From assembly GCA_964403345.1 (NCBI GenBank), contig CAYOGU010000002.1:1-36459 (forward strand): a DNA stretch of 36,459 nt, given 5' to 3'. Made by a program: the position numbers and the translations under genes. The notes under the pieces were generated by a model, which saw only the letters and a list, made by a program, of their open reading frames with translations, searched no databases and was not told where the DNA came from. Positions 1 to 8,963 of the stretch are shown here, piece by piece (the stretch's first letter is position 1; each line of letters starts with the position of its first letter). The DNA is from an uncultured Syntrophus sp. (GTDB lineage Bacteria > Desulfobacterota > Syntrophia > Syntrophales > UBA5619).

Positions 1-560
1 CCCCGCCGGACCGGGTCGACGCCACCCGGGTCGCCTGGACCCTCAAGTACGCAGGCGTCCAGAACGTGGCCCTTCTGAGCGGCGGTTACAACAAGTGGGT
101 TGCCGACAAGAAGGCGATCTCCACCGAGGCTGCCAGACCCCGGGCCAAGGCCTACAGGGGAACGTTCCAGAAAGACGTCGTCGTGAAGAAGGCCGACGTC
201 CTGGCGGCCCTGGGAAAGGCCGTGATCGTGGACGTGCGCGAACCCGATTTCTTCGACGGCAAGAAGAAAATGGATTTTGTCGCCAAGGCGGGCCGCATCA
301 AGGGTGCCGTGAATCTTCCCACGTCATTGATGTACGAGGCCGACGGGACCTACAAGTCCAAGGATGCCCTGGCCGCCGAGGCTGCCAAGGCGGTGGGAAC
401 GGACACCTCCAAGGAGATCATCCTTTACTGCGATACGGGAAAGTTCTGCACGGCCTGGTGGTTCATGCTCCACGAGTTGCTGGGGTACAAGAACGCCAAG
501 GCGTATGACGGCTCGATGATGGAGTACGCCAAGGACGCGGCGGCGCCGATGGAGCCGTAG
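1..560 (+). CDS. Rhodanese-domain sulfurtransferase, 5'-truncated at the window edge
   Basis: The frame is open from nt 3 (PPDRVDATRVAWTLKYAGVQNVALLSGGYNKW...), so the GTG at 66 in the ORF track is probably internal. It has a rhodanese signature (IVDVREPDFF...GRIKGAVNLP) and a candidate catalytic loop LYCDTGKFCTAWW. Stop is at 558-560. Confidence 0.8.
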   Translation, partial: PPDRVDATRVAWTLKYAGVQNVALLSGGYNKWVADKKAISTEAARPRAKAYRGTFQKDVVVKKADVLAALGKAVIVDVREPDFFDGKKKMDFVAKAGRIKGAVNLPTSLMYEADGTYKSKDALAAEAAKAVGTDTSKEIILYCDTGKFCTAWWFMLHELLGYKNAKAYDGSMMEYAKDAAAPMEP

Positions 561-569
561 CGAGCCGGG

Positions 570-597
570 GGCCTCCGGGGCCGCGGCCCCGGAGGTC
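570..597. repeat. GC-rich perfect inverted repeat (hairpin), possibly an intercistronic stem or weak terminator
   Basis: CCTCCGGGG (572-580) is the exact reverse complement of CCCCGGAGG (587-595). It lies directly after the rhodanese stop. No T-tract follows, so terminator function is unproven. Confidence 0.3.
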
Positions 598-738
598 TGA
601 ATGGACCGGGATCGGATTTCCGGAGGAGCGCAAGGAGATCCTGGTCTCCAGGTCCGAGAAGATCCATGGCCTCTGCCTAGCGGCAGCCCGGGCTGCCGAT
701 GTCCCGGGCCGTACGCCGGCAAAAGGGAGGGGAATCCG

Positions 739-3366
739 GTGGGATTTAGAGGTAAGGCGGCTGCGGTCTGCATGGTCCTGGTCCTGTCCGCGCTTCCGCT
801 TCAGGGGGCCCAGCCCTGGCGGCACAGGGACATCTGGCTCAAGAACGAGCAGGGGGAGCGGATCACCCCCGCCCGGAACTCCTCAGATCCCTATAGCCCC
901 CGCAGGACCTGCGGGACCTGCCACGGCTACACGGCGATCACCTCGGGGTACCATTTCCAGCAAGGGTTCGACGAGATGAAAGGCGGCGACAACCCGCGCC
1001 TTCCGGAGGCTCTTTCCCCGGGGATCTTCGGAAAGGGCTGCATCCCGGGGATCGCTTCCGGCCGCGTGGCCGCGAAGAAGGATTGGGATCCTCTGGGGGA
1101 GGACCTTTCTGCTTTCGACTGGATCGGGGCGGGCGGAAAGTTCGGTCCCGACGGCAGGGTGCTCTGGGCGGCCTGCGGATGGACGCATCCGGGAGGGGGA
1201 CCCCTCGAATACGGCCGGAAGGCCGACGGGACGCCCGATTTCTCGAAAACGCTCATAGAGGGTGAGAGACAGGGCGCTTTGCCCCGGGACGGGGATTACA
1301 GCTCAAGGTCCACTCCGGACAGACGGAGCCGTTTTCGCGAGACCGGCGTCGTGGAGGGGGACTGTCTGCTCTGTCACCTGCCCGGCTACCGCATGGACCG
1401 CCGGAATGGCCAGATCGGTCTGAGAAACTACCGGTGGGCTGCCACGGCCGGTGCAGGCCTGGGTGAGGTCCAAGGGGCGATCTTCGCTTATGCCGATCCG
1501 AAGGCCGGGCCTGGGCCGGCCCTCGAGACCGGAACGTGGAACCTCTCAAAAAGTCCCGTCGTCGATTTCCATTGGAAAGACGGCAACCTCTTCACAAAGG
1601 AGGGGAAGCTCCAAGGACGGCTGATCAGCCGGGAGGTGGGCGCCAAGAACTGCCTGCAGTGCCACCGGGAGATGGACGCTCGGAAGACCGGGACGCTCCA
1701 CGAGGCCTCCTGCGACGCTCACGTGGCAGCAGGCCTTCGGTGCACGGACTGCCATCCCCTGGTGGGCCGATCCAAGGCGCAACGGCTTCGCCACCAGATC
1801 GCCAAGGGGTATTCCCCGCAGGGGACGGTCAAGGACCGCCTTGACGGCGTGGGGATGATGACCTGTGCCAAGTGCCATCTCGAGGGCCGGTACCGGCCAA
1901 CGCGCCCCGGGATGCCCAGGGAGGCACGCGATCCCTCGAAAACACACAGGGAGAGGTTCCCGCGGGCCTTGTTTCACTTCTCTCTCCTGCACTGCTCGGC
2001 CTGTCATTCCACGGCCCAGCCCGGCCGGGCAATCTATCTACGGGATGCCGCCGCCGGGGAGGAGGCCTGGTATACGGCGGACCGTCTCGAACGGATCGGT
2101 CTGATGGACGATTGGACTGCCCCCGCCGCTGCCCCCTGGACTCCCTGGATCACTCGTTACGAACGGGTTACGGGGGAAGGGGAACGCTACATCCCCTGCG
2201 TGACGCGGGCCACCCAGTGGTTCGGGGAGAGGCTGGAAGACGGACGGATCGGGCCGATCCCTCCGACCCGGGTGCGACGGGCCGCCCAGGGGGTCAAGGA
2301 CCTCTCGTCGGTGGCCGTCCGGGACATCCGGGGAAAAGAGGGGAAAGAGACCACCGTCGCCACCGAGGCGGATGTCCGGCAAATGATCCAGGCCCTCTCC
2401 AGTCAGGGAGGGCCGGAGGTTGTCTTCGTGGCGGACCGCGTTTATGCTCTCCGGGGGGACCGGGTCATTCCCTTTGATGCGCCGCCGGCGGCCTCGGGCC
2501 AATCCTTCCCACCCTATGACCGGAACGCCACTTGGTTTGGGGAGCGGCAGGAGGGCGGCGAGATCAGGCCGATCGGCCTCCAGTACGTCCTGCAGGCCTT
2601 CCGGACCCTCGAGGGGATCACCCTCGCGGAGGTCAAAGGCTCCAAGGGTAGACTGCGGGCCGAGCCAGCCGTCGATACGGGAAAGGACATCCGGTTGGCG
2701 ATCCAGGCCCTCACAGAAATGGGATTTCAAGACGTGGTCTTCGTTTCCGGCCGGCTCTACGAACTGAAAAAGGACAAGGTCGTTTCTTCGGTATTGCCGG
2801 CGTCCCTGAACCCGGCCTCTGGGGAGGCCAGCCCGCAACCGACGAGATGGTTCGGGGAGCGGCAGAAAGACGGGTCGGTCCGGCCGATCGGATCGGCCCC
2901 GGTGCGCCAGGCCTTGAAGAATCTCACGGGGCTCTCGGTGATCGAGGTGAGGAACGAACGGGGCCATGCCCTCCTGGCCCAGGCCGTGAGCACCAAGGCG
3001 GACATCAAGGCCCTGATCCGTGCCCTGACCGACGCGGGATTCAAGAACGTCGTCATGGTGGGCCGGAAGCTGTACGAAGTCAGGCAGGGGAAAATGATCG
3101 AATCCGAGATCATCCGGCCGGGGGAGAGGCCTTCCTTCGCCGTCTACCACAACGTGATTCCCCTGGAGCGGAAGAAGACCTACGGCGCCAAGGGCAGCTC
3201 CGCCGGCTGCCTGGATTGCCACGGCGATAACGCGCCCTTCTTCACGAAGATGAAGATCCTCCATGTGGGACGATTTCTCAAGGAGAATTACCCGACTCCG
3301 AAGGAACCGAATGCGGAGCCGCAGATGGTCGGGTGGGGCGTCCGCGCCGTGCCCGCCCATGAATAG
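739..3366 (+). CDS. Secreted heptahaem c-type cytochrome with three internal haem-free tandem repeats
   Basis: Track ORF is 601..3366. The preferred start is GTG 739, behind AAGGGAGGGG (722-731). It gives a signal-peptide-like N-terminus VGFRGKAAAVCMVLVLSALPLQGAQP; ATG 772 is the alternative. There are seven CxxCH motifs: CGTCH, CLLCH, CLQCH, CTDCH, CAKCH, CSACH, CLDCH. Confidence 0.85.
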   Translation: MGFRGKAAAVCMVLVLSALPLQGAQPWRHRDIWLKNEQGERITPARNSSDPYSPRRTCGTCHGYTAITSGYHFQQGFDEMKGGDNPRLPEALSPGIFGKGCIPGIASGRVAAKKDWDPLGEDLSAFDWIGAGGKFGPDGRVLWAACGWTHPGGGPLEYGRKADGTPDFSKTLIEGERQGALPRDGDYSSRSTPDRRSRFRETGVVEGDCLLCHLPGYRMDRRNGQIGLRNYRWAATAGAGLGEVQGAIFAYADPKAGPGPALETGTWNLSKSPVVDFHWKDGNLFTKEGKLQGRLISREVGAKNCLQCHREMDARKTGTLHEASCDAHVAAGLRCTDCHPLVGRSKAQRLRHQIAKGYSPQGTVKDRLDGVGMMTCAKCHLEGRYRPTRPGMPREARDPSKTHRERFPRALFHFSLLHCSACHSTAQPGRAIYLRDAAAGEEAWYTADRLERIGLMDDWTAPAAAPWTPWITRYERVTGEGERYIPCVTRATQWFGERLEDGRIGPIPPTRVRRAAQGVKDLSSVAVRDIRGKEGKETTVATEADVRQMIQALSSQGGPEVVFVADRVYALRGDRVIPFDAPPAASGQSFPPYDRNATWFGERQEGGEIRPIGLQYVLQAFRTLEGITLAEVKGSKGRLRAEPAVDTGKDIRLAIQALTEMGFQDVVFVSGRLYELKKDKVVSSVLPASLNPASGEASPQPTRWFGERQKDGSVRPIGSAPVRQALKNLTGLSVIEVRNERGHALLAQAVSTKADIKALIRALTDAGFKNVVMVGRKLYEVRQGKMIESEIIRPGERPSFAVYHNVIPLERKKTYGAKGSSAGCLDCHGDNAPFFTKMKILHVGRFLKENYPTPKEPNAEPQMVGWGVRAVPAHE
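2212..3156 (+). repeat. Three tandem 315-nt (105-aa) intragenic repeats, protein-level and diverged
   Basis: The anchor motif WFGER recurs with its Trp codon at 2218, 2533 and 2848, an exact 315-nt period. Each unit shares WFGERxxxGxxRPI ... (A/K)D(I/V)xxxIxAL ... GFxxVV(F/M)V ... RxYx(L/V). No CxxCH occurs inside the repeats. They sit between haem motifs 6 and 7. Confidence 0.85.
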
Positions 3367-3382
3367 GGAGGTCGAGAGGTCC

Positions 3383-4135
3383 ATGTGCCGCCTTTTGAAA
3401 CCGTGGCTTTCGGGAATCCTGTTCCTGGAGTTCCTCTGCGCCGCTACAGGGGCCGCCGAAACGGGGTGGCAGAGGCTCCCGCCGCAGACGCTGGCGCGGA
3501 TGATGGCCGAGGGGAAGAGGCCCCTCCTGGTCAACACGATGTCCGAGATCGAATGCCGGGACCACAGCATTGCCGGCTCCCTCTGCATTCCCACCGAGGA
3601 GTTCGAGGAACGGATCGGCGAAATGGTCCCTGACAAGGGCCTGATGCTGGTCCTGTATTGCGAAAGTGAGGCCTCTCGGAAGAGCCGCGAGGCCGCAGAC
3701 ATGGCGTCCCGGCAGGGATATCAGGACGTCCGCGTCCTGGAGGGCGGGATGCCAGCCTGGAAAATCGCCGGTTACCAGACAGTCTCGGTGGAACGGATTC
3801 CCCGCCGGGCGGTCCCGTCGATGAAGCCGCCGGCCTTGCGCAATCGGATGGTGGATAATCAGGATTCCCTCCTCGTGGATATCCGATCGGAAAAGGAGTT
3901 TCGAAAAGAGCACATCGAGGGTGCCGTCAATCTGCCGATGTACCAGATGCATCGGCGCTGGCGTGAATTGCCCTTCGACCGTCCGTTGATCCTCGTGGAC
4001 AGTCGGGGGTTCCGTTCCCCTCTTGCGGCAAGCTATCTGATCGCGAAGGGATACACAGTGGAGAGGCTTTTCGGTGGCATGGCCTCCTGGAAAGCCATGC
4101 CACCGAAGGAAAAGACCAAGACGAGAAGACCCTAG
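3383..4135 (+). CDS. Secreted tandem-rhodanese protein (domain 1 with catalytic Cys, domain 2 without)
   Basis: Track ORF is 3263..4135. ATG 3383 follows GGGAGG (3366-3371) and gives the signal peptide MCRLLKPWLSGILFLEFLCAATGAAE. Domain 1 reads LLVNTMSEIECRDHSIAGSLCIP...VLYCESEASRKS (Cys loop). Domain 2 reads LLVDIRSEKEFRKEHIEGAVNLP...ILVDSRGFRSP (no Cys). Confidence 0.8.
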   Translation: MCRLLKPWLSGILFLEFLCAATGAAETGWQRLPPQTLARMMAEGKRPLLVNTMSEIECRDHSIAGSLCIPTEEFEERIGEMVPDKGLMLVLYCESEASRKSREAADMASRQGYQDVRVLEGGMPAWKIAGYQTVSVERIPRRAVPSMKPPALRNRMVDNQDSLLVDIRSEKEFRKEHIEGAVNLPMYQMHRRWRELPFDRPLILVDSRGFRSPLAASYLIAKGYTVERLFGGMASWKAMPPKEKTKTRRP

Positions 4136-4136
4136 C

Positions 4137-6077
4137 ATGAGACCGACCGTGGGCAGGAACGATTGCAACCGGGGCATGGGATTCGCGATGCCCGCTGGGG
4201 ATCTCTTTAGGATTGAAAGAGGTCCGGCGCGGAGGATTGCGGCCTTGGGGAGGCTTGTGCTGCTGGTCATCGCCTTTTTCTTGTCGGGGATTGGAGTGAT
4301 GCCCACCTGGGCGGCGCTCGATTGCCTTTCCTGTCATGACGACCATATCTACCGTGTGGTTTTCCCAAAGTCGGTCCACGGCGAGAACAGTTGCACGGGC
4401 TGCCATACGGGGATCACGAATCAGAAGCGCCATAGCGAAGGGTTGGAGAAGCCGGCCCCCGTGAATTGCGGGAACTGCCACGAACGGATCGCGCTTGAAT
4501 ACCGCCGGAACTTCCATTACGTCCAGCTCGATTTCCGGTGCGTCGACTGTCACCGGGAGATCCATTCCTTCAAGGTCCGGACGAGACTCCTCAAGCGGGC
4601 CGTTATCGAGCGGTGCACCGAGTGCCACGCCAACGAGGATTACGTCGCCTCCGGCCACGCCGAGGCGGTCCTCAAGGGGAACCAGGACGCCGCAGCCTGT
4701 GCCGACTGCCACGGCCTCCACAACACGCAGGTCTTCCACACCTCCCTCGAGAAGTATCCCGAGGAGGCCCGGAAGTTCTACAGCCACAACTGCAAGCGCT
4801 GCCATGCCGATCCGGTCCTCTCGAAGCGCAACAACCTCAACCCCGAGATCGTCGCCTATTACGAGCAGACCTATCACGGCAAGGTCCAGAGCATCGGCTA
4901 TCCGGCCGGGGTGGCCGGTTGCGCCGACTGCCATACCACCCACAATATCCTTCCCAAGGACGATCCCCGCTCCAGCATCCATCCCGCGAATCTCGTCCAT
5001 AACTGCGGTCGCTGCCACCGGCGATTCCATCCGCGCTTCGTGGACTACAAAGCCCATCCCGATTACCGGGACCGAAAGCGCTATCCCGCTCTCTTCTGGA
5101 CCTTTGTAGCCATGTCGGGGCTTCTTGCGGGGACGCTGTGCTTTTTCTGGCTCCACACCATCTTGTGGTGGCGCAAGACCTACTGGGAAAAACACCGAAT
5201 GGAGAAGCAGGGCATTCTGCCCCGGGCCCTCCTGGCCAAGGGCGAGGGGCTGCAGCAGATCCAGCGTTTCTCGCGCAGGGAGCGGATCATGCATGTCCTG
5301 CTGATTCTCTCCTTCTTCACGCTGGTCATGACGGGATTCCCGCTCAAGTACCACACCGCCGCCTTCTCGGACCTCCTCATCCGCTTCTGGGGCGGCGCGC
5401 ACCAGGCGGGCTTCTTCCACCGCGGGGCGGCCCTCCTGCTGATCGCTATCGTGGTTTACGTGGCCTGGCTGTCCCTGCAATACCTCTCCCCGAAGGGCCA
5501 AGGACTCCGCGGTTTCTGGGGACGCTTCTTCGGTCCCGATTCCCTTGTCCCCAACTGGAAGGACTGGGAGGACTTCAAGGGGATGGTCCGGTGGTTCTTC
5601 AACAAAGGGGAGATGCCGAGATTCGACCGCTGGACCTACTGGGAGAAGTTCGACTTCTGGGCCGTCTTCTGGGGGATGTTCGCCATCGGCGGTTCGGGGG
5701 TTCTCATGTGGGTGCCCGAGTGGTCCTCCTACCTATTCCCGGGCTGGCTCCTCAATGTGGCCGCTCTGGTCCATTCCGAGGAGGCCCTCCTGGCGGCGCT
5801 CTTCATCTTTACGGTCCACTTCTTCAACACCCACTTCATCCCGACGAAGTTCCCCATGGACCGGATCATCTTCACGGGGACCTACACCCTGGAAGACATG
5901 AAGGAGCAGCGGCCCCTCCACTACGAACGCCTCAAGAAAGACCCCCGTCTGGAGTCCATGAAGCGGTCCTATCCGGGAATCCCGATGAAGCTTCTCGGGG
6001 CGACCTTCGGTCTGGCGAGTCTCCTGCTGGGGCTCTTCCTCCTGGCCCAGATCCTCTGGGTCCTTTTCTTCCCCTGA
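4137..6077 (+). CDS. Nonahaem cytochrome c fused to a membrane b-type cytochrome (HydC/FdnI-like); CbcL-like quinol oxidoreductase
   Basis: There are nine CxxCH motifs: CLSCH, CTGCH, CGNCH, CVDCH, CTECH, CADCH, CKRCH, CADCH, CGRCH. They follow a signal/anchor segment (RRIAALGRLVLLVIAFFLSGIGVMPTWA). About six hydrophobic helices with conserved His follow (e.g. IMHVLLILSFFTLVMTGFPLKYH, LVHSEEALLAALFIFTVHFFNTHF). The start is uncertain (ATG 4137, 4176 or 4188); 4137 lies 1 nt after the preceding stop. Confidence 0.85.
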   Translation: MRPTVGRNDCNRGMGFAMPAGDLFRIERGPARRIAALGRLVLLVIAFFLSGIGVMPTWAALDCLSCHDDHIYRVVFPKSVHGENSCTGCHTGITNQKRHSEGLEKPAPVNCGNCHERIALEYRRNFHYVQLDFRCVDCHREIHSFKVRTRLLKRAVIERCTECHANEDYVASGHAEAVLKGNQDAAACADCHGLHNTQVFHTSLEKYPEEARKFYSHNCKRCHADPVLSKRNNLNPEIVAYYEQTYHGKVQSIGYPAGVAGCADCHTTHNILPKDDPRSSIHPANLVHNCGRCHRRFHPRFVDYKAHPDYRDRKRYPALFWTFVAMSGLLAGTLCFFWLHTILWWRKTYWEKHRMEKQGILPRALLAKGEGLQQIQRFSRRERIMHVLLILSFFTLVMTGFPLKYHTAAFSDLLIRFWGGAHQAGFFHRGAALLLIAIVVYVAWLSLQYLSPKGQGLRGFWGRFFGPDSLVPNWKDWEDFKGMVRWFFNKGEMPRFDRWTYWEKFDFWAVFWGMFAIGGSGVLMWVPEWSSYLFPGWLLNVAALVHSEEALLAALFIFTVHFFNTHFIPTKFPMDRIIFTGTYTLEDMKEQRPLHYERLKKDPRLESMKRSYPGIPMKLLGATFGLASLLLGLFLLAQILWVLFFP

Positions 6078-6149
6078 TCCAGGACTCATCCGAAGATCGA
6101 CCGGACGGCAGGAGATCCCGGTTTTGGGATTACGGGCGGTTCCATGTAT

Positions 6150-6203
6150 TTCACGGAAGCTTCACGGGGTTGTCATCGAATTGTAACAATCCTCCTCTAT
6201 GCT
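6150..6203 (+). promoter_or_regulatory. Putative Pho box (4 phased PhoB half-sites) plus -10, pstS promoter
   Basis: TTCAC 6150, TTCAC 6161, GTCAT 6172 and GTAAC 6183 are spaced exactly 11 bp apart. Ten nt later comes TATGCT (6198-6203). The site is 21 nt upstream of the pstS ATG region and its RBS GGAGAGG. Confidence 0.7.
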
Positions 6204-6223
6204 GTTCGGAGAGGTAATAAGAG

Positions 6224-7045
6224 ATGGAGAAAAGGGGTAGATTCATTTTGACGATGGCGGCGGGGCTCATCCTTGCGGCCGGCTCGGCCTCTGCGGACAG
6301 CGTACTGATCAAGGGATCCACGACGGTCCTGCCCATCGCCCAAGCGACCCTGGAGGCCTTCATGAAGGCGGATCCGGGTACGATGATCTCCCTGTCCGGC
6401 GGGGGGTCTGGCGAGGGGATCAAGGCGCTCATCGACGGCGTCGCGGACATCGCCATGTCCTCGCGGCAGCTCAAACCTGCGGAGGCGGAACTGGCCAAGG
6501 CCAGGGGGGTGAATCCCGTCGAGACAAAGGTAGCGATCGATGCCATCGTACCGATCGTCCATGTAGGGAATCCTGTGAACGACCTCAGCCTCGACCAACT
6601 CAGCCAGATCTACCAGGGGAAGATCACGAACTGGAAGGAGGTCGGCGGCCGGGACCTTCAGATTGTGCCGATCTCCAGGGACAGCAGTTCGGGGACCTTC
6701 GAGGCCTGGGGGGAACTGATCTTGAAGGGGGCCAAGGTCACGCCGCGGGCGCAGCTTCAGGCCTCCAACGGGGCTATCGTCCAGGCAGTATCGAAGAACC
6801 GGTATGCCCTGGGTTACATCGGGCTGGGATACCTGGACAAATTGGTGAAAGCCCTTTCGGTCAACGGTGTCCGGGCCTCGGAAAAGACGGCCAGCATGAG
6901 GACCTATCCGGTATCGAGGGCGCTGTATATGTTCACCAACGGTGAGCCCAAGGGCGATGCCCACCGATACATCCGGTTCGTCCTGAGCCCTGCGGGTCAA
7001 GCCCTGATCAGAAGGGAAGGATTTGTCTCCCTGTCAGGAAAATAG
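6224..7045 (+). CDS. pstS: Phosphate ABC transporter substrate-binding protein PstS (copy 1)
   Basis: It has a signal peptide (MEKRGRFILTMAAGLILAAGSASA). PstS-family motifs are present: IKGSTTVLP, SLSGGGSGEGIKAL, ISRDSSSGT. It heads the pstCAB-phoU genes. Confidence 0.92.
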   Translation: MEKRGRFILTMAAGLILAAGSASADSVLIKGSTTVLPIAQATLEAFMKADPGTMISLSGGGSGEGIKALIDGVADIAMSSRQLKPAEAELAKARGVNPVETKVAIDAIVPIVHVGNPVNDLSLDQLSQIYQGKITNWKEVGGRDLQIVPISRDSSSGTFEAWGELILKGAKVTPRAQLQASNGAIVQAVSKNRYALGYIGLGYLDKLVKALSVNGVRASEKTASMRTYPVSRALYMFTNGEPKGDAHRYIRFVLSPAGQALIRREGFVSLSGK

Positions 7046-7176
7046 CAGGCTGGAGATCATCGGAGTGCCGGTGGGATCGATGCCCTGCCTGGGTCCTTTC
7101 CGGGGTGTCGTGTTGGAAGCTTTTGCGTGGGCGGGATCGTCAAGGCCCGTCTTGTTTTGATACGGAAGAGGGGTTT

Positions 7177-8085
7177 ATGAACAGCGGACGAAGAGCGCTG
7201 ACCAGCAGGGCCAGGGAAATAATCATCAAAAATATCTTCGCCTTTTTTGCCTTCCTTTCTGTGCTCTTTCTGGGGCTCATCGTCTTTTTCCTCTTCCGTG
7301 AGGGACTCCCCCTCTTCAAAGAGATCAACCCGGTGCAGTTCCTCTTCGGGTCGTCCTGGTATCCCACGTACAATCCGCCGGAATACGGGATCTGGCCTTT
7401 GATCGTCGGCTCCGCGATCGTGACGGTCCTGGCTTGCCTCATCGCTGTTCCTTTCGGGCTCTGCTGCGCCGTCTATATCTCCGAGATCGCCCCGGCGCGG
7501 ATCAAGGAGATTCTTAAGTCCGTGATCGAGCTCCTGGCAGGCCTCCCTTCGGTTGTCCTGGGTTTCTTCGGGATGGTGATCCTGGGACCCTGGATGCAGG
7601 AGGCTTTCGATCTGCCCACGGGGCTCAACATCGTCAACGCTTCGATCATGCTGGCCGTCATGGCGATTCCCACCATATCGAGCATCTCGGAAGATGCTCT
7701 CTACGCCGTCCCTCGGGATTTTAAAGAGGCTTCCTACGCCTTGGGGGCAACTCGTTACGAGACGATCCTCCGGGTCTCGATCCCTGCTGCCCTCTCGGGG
7801 ATCTCCACGGCGGTGATCCTGGGGATGTCCCGGGCGATCGGGGAGACGATGGTGGTTCTCATGGTGGCCGGAGGCTCGGCGGCAGTCCCGCGGGGGATTT
7901 TCGATTCGGTGCGTCCCATGCCGGCCAGCATCGCTGCGGAGATGGGCGAAGCGCCCGTCGGGGGAGGCCATTACCATGCCCTCTTCGCCACAGGGATCGT
8001 TCTGTTGCTGATCACGCTCCTTTTCAACCTGATCGCCGATCACATCTCCCGCAGATTCAAAGAGGAGGGGTCGGGAACGTTATGA
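7177..8085 (+). CDS. pstC: Phosphate ABC transporter permease PstC
   Basis: Track ORF is 7105..8085. ATG 7177 follows GAAGAGGGG. It is a multi-TM permease with the EAA-type loop (EDALYAVPRDFKEASYALGATRYETI). Its stop overlaps the pstA ATG (ATGA at 8082-8085). Confidence 0.9.
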   Translation: MNSGRRALTSRAREIIIKNIFAFFAFLSVLFLGLIVFFLFREGLPLFKEINPVQFLFGSSWYPTYNPPEYGIWPLIVGSAIVTVLACLIAVPFGLCCAVYISEIAPARIKEILKSVIELLAGLPSVVLGFFGMVILGPWMQEAFDLPTGLNIVNASIMLAVMAIPTISSISEDALYAVPRDFKEASYALGATRYETILRVSIPAALSGISTAVILGMSRAIGETMVVLMVAGGSAAVPRGIFDSVRPMPASIAAEMGEAPVGGGHYHALFATGIVLLLITLLFNLIADHISRRFKEEGSGTL

Positions 8086-8963
8086 GCGCCTATAAACCAG
8101 TATCGTCCATGCAATGGCGTTATTTCAGACAGGGCCTCTTCTTCGGCGCGGTGCGGCTGGCAGCCTTCATTGTTACGGTGGCCCTCCTGGGCATCATCGC
8201 CTTTCTCCTGGTCAACGGGATCGGGGCCATCAGCTGGGGATTTCTTACGGAACCTCCATTGGATTCCATGACCAAAGGCGGGATCATGCCGGCCATCGTC
8301 GGGACCTTCTACCTGACCATCGGGGCGATCCTCGTTGCCCTCCCCCTGGGGGTGGCCTCGGCGATCTATCTGACGGAATATGCGAGGCAGGGGCTCTTCA
8401 TCCGGATCATCCGGATCGGCGTCAACTGCTTGGCCGGCGTCCCTTCCGTCGTCTTCGGCCTCTTCGGTCTTGGTTTTTTCGTCGTCTTCCTGAAATTCGG
8501 TTCCAGCATTCTTTCCGGCGCCTTGACTCTGGGGATTCTAATCCTCCCCACGATCATCGGGGCCGCGGAGGAGGCCCTCAAGGCCGTTCCCCAGACTTTC
8601 CGTGAGGCTTCTCTGGCCCTGGGCGTCTCCAAATGGCGAACCATATCCCGGGTTGTCCTCCCCTCGGCCCTGCCGGGGATCCTGACCGGGTCGATCCTGG
8701 GGATCGGACGCGCCGCCGGGGAGACGGCTCCCATCATGTTCACGGCGGCTGCCTTTTTCACAGCCGTTCTGCCGAAATCGGTCTTTGACGAGGTGATGGC
8801 TTTGCCCTATCATATCTATGTCCTGGCCACAGCGGGGACCCATATCGAGCAGACCCGCCCCCTGCAGTACGGAACGGCCCTGGTCCTGATCGTCCTGGTC
8901 CTGGGGATCGATCTGGTCGCCATCGTCCTGCGCGGCATGGCCCGGAAGAGGAAAAGGTGGTAG
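8082..8963 (+). CDS. pstA: Phosphate ABC transporter permease PstA
   Basis: It is a multi-TM permease carrying [26 protein letters not shown]. It is translationally coupled on both sides. Confidence 0.9.
   Translation: MSAYKPVSSMQWRYFRQGLFFGAVRLAAFIVTVALLGIIAFLLVNGIGAISWGFLTEPPLDSMTKGGIMPAIVGTFYLTIGAILVALPLGVASAIYLTEYARQGLFIRIIRIGVNCLAGVPSVVFGLFGLGFFVVFLKFGSSILSGALTLGILILPTIIGAAEEALKAVPQTFREASLALGVSKWRTISRVVLPSALPGILTGSILGIGRAAGETAPIMFTAAAFFTAVLPKSVFDEVMALPYHIYVLATAGTHIEQTRPLQYGTALVLIVLVLGIDLVAIVLRGMARKRKRW

Noticed and set aside
681-698. A perfect 18-nt palindrome, CGGCAGCCCGGGCTGCCG, upstream of the cytochrome gene, considered as a possible operator.
   Set aside because: It is a single occurrence. 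Short GC palindromes are frequent in GC-rich DNA, and it has no partner site or recognisable regulator motif. It is noted only.
601-738. N-terminal extensions offered by the ORF track: 601 for the cytochrome, 3263 for the rhodanese, 4074 for the CbcL-like gene, 10308 for phoR, 27585 for capA-like, and 31639 for phnE.
   Set aside because: The extensions are Arg/Pro/Gly-rich, overlap upstream genes or a pseudogene, and lack an RBS. Internal starts give proper signal peptides or TM segments, RBS spacing and stop/start coupling.
2038-3702. A long antisense ORF (554 aa). Similar ones occur at 3927-5501(-), 3278-4306(-), 6197-7000(-), 7057-8043(-), 9724-10416(-), 10638-11591(-), 13668-14816(-), 22729-23412(-), 24456-25058(-), 27723-28460(-), 29146-30111(-), and there are many alternative-frame + ORFs.
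   Set aside because: These are typical GC-rich shadow ORFs. They lie entirely opposite or out of frame to genes with strong family signatures. Their products are R/P/G-rich and low in complexity, with no motifs or RBS.
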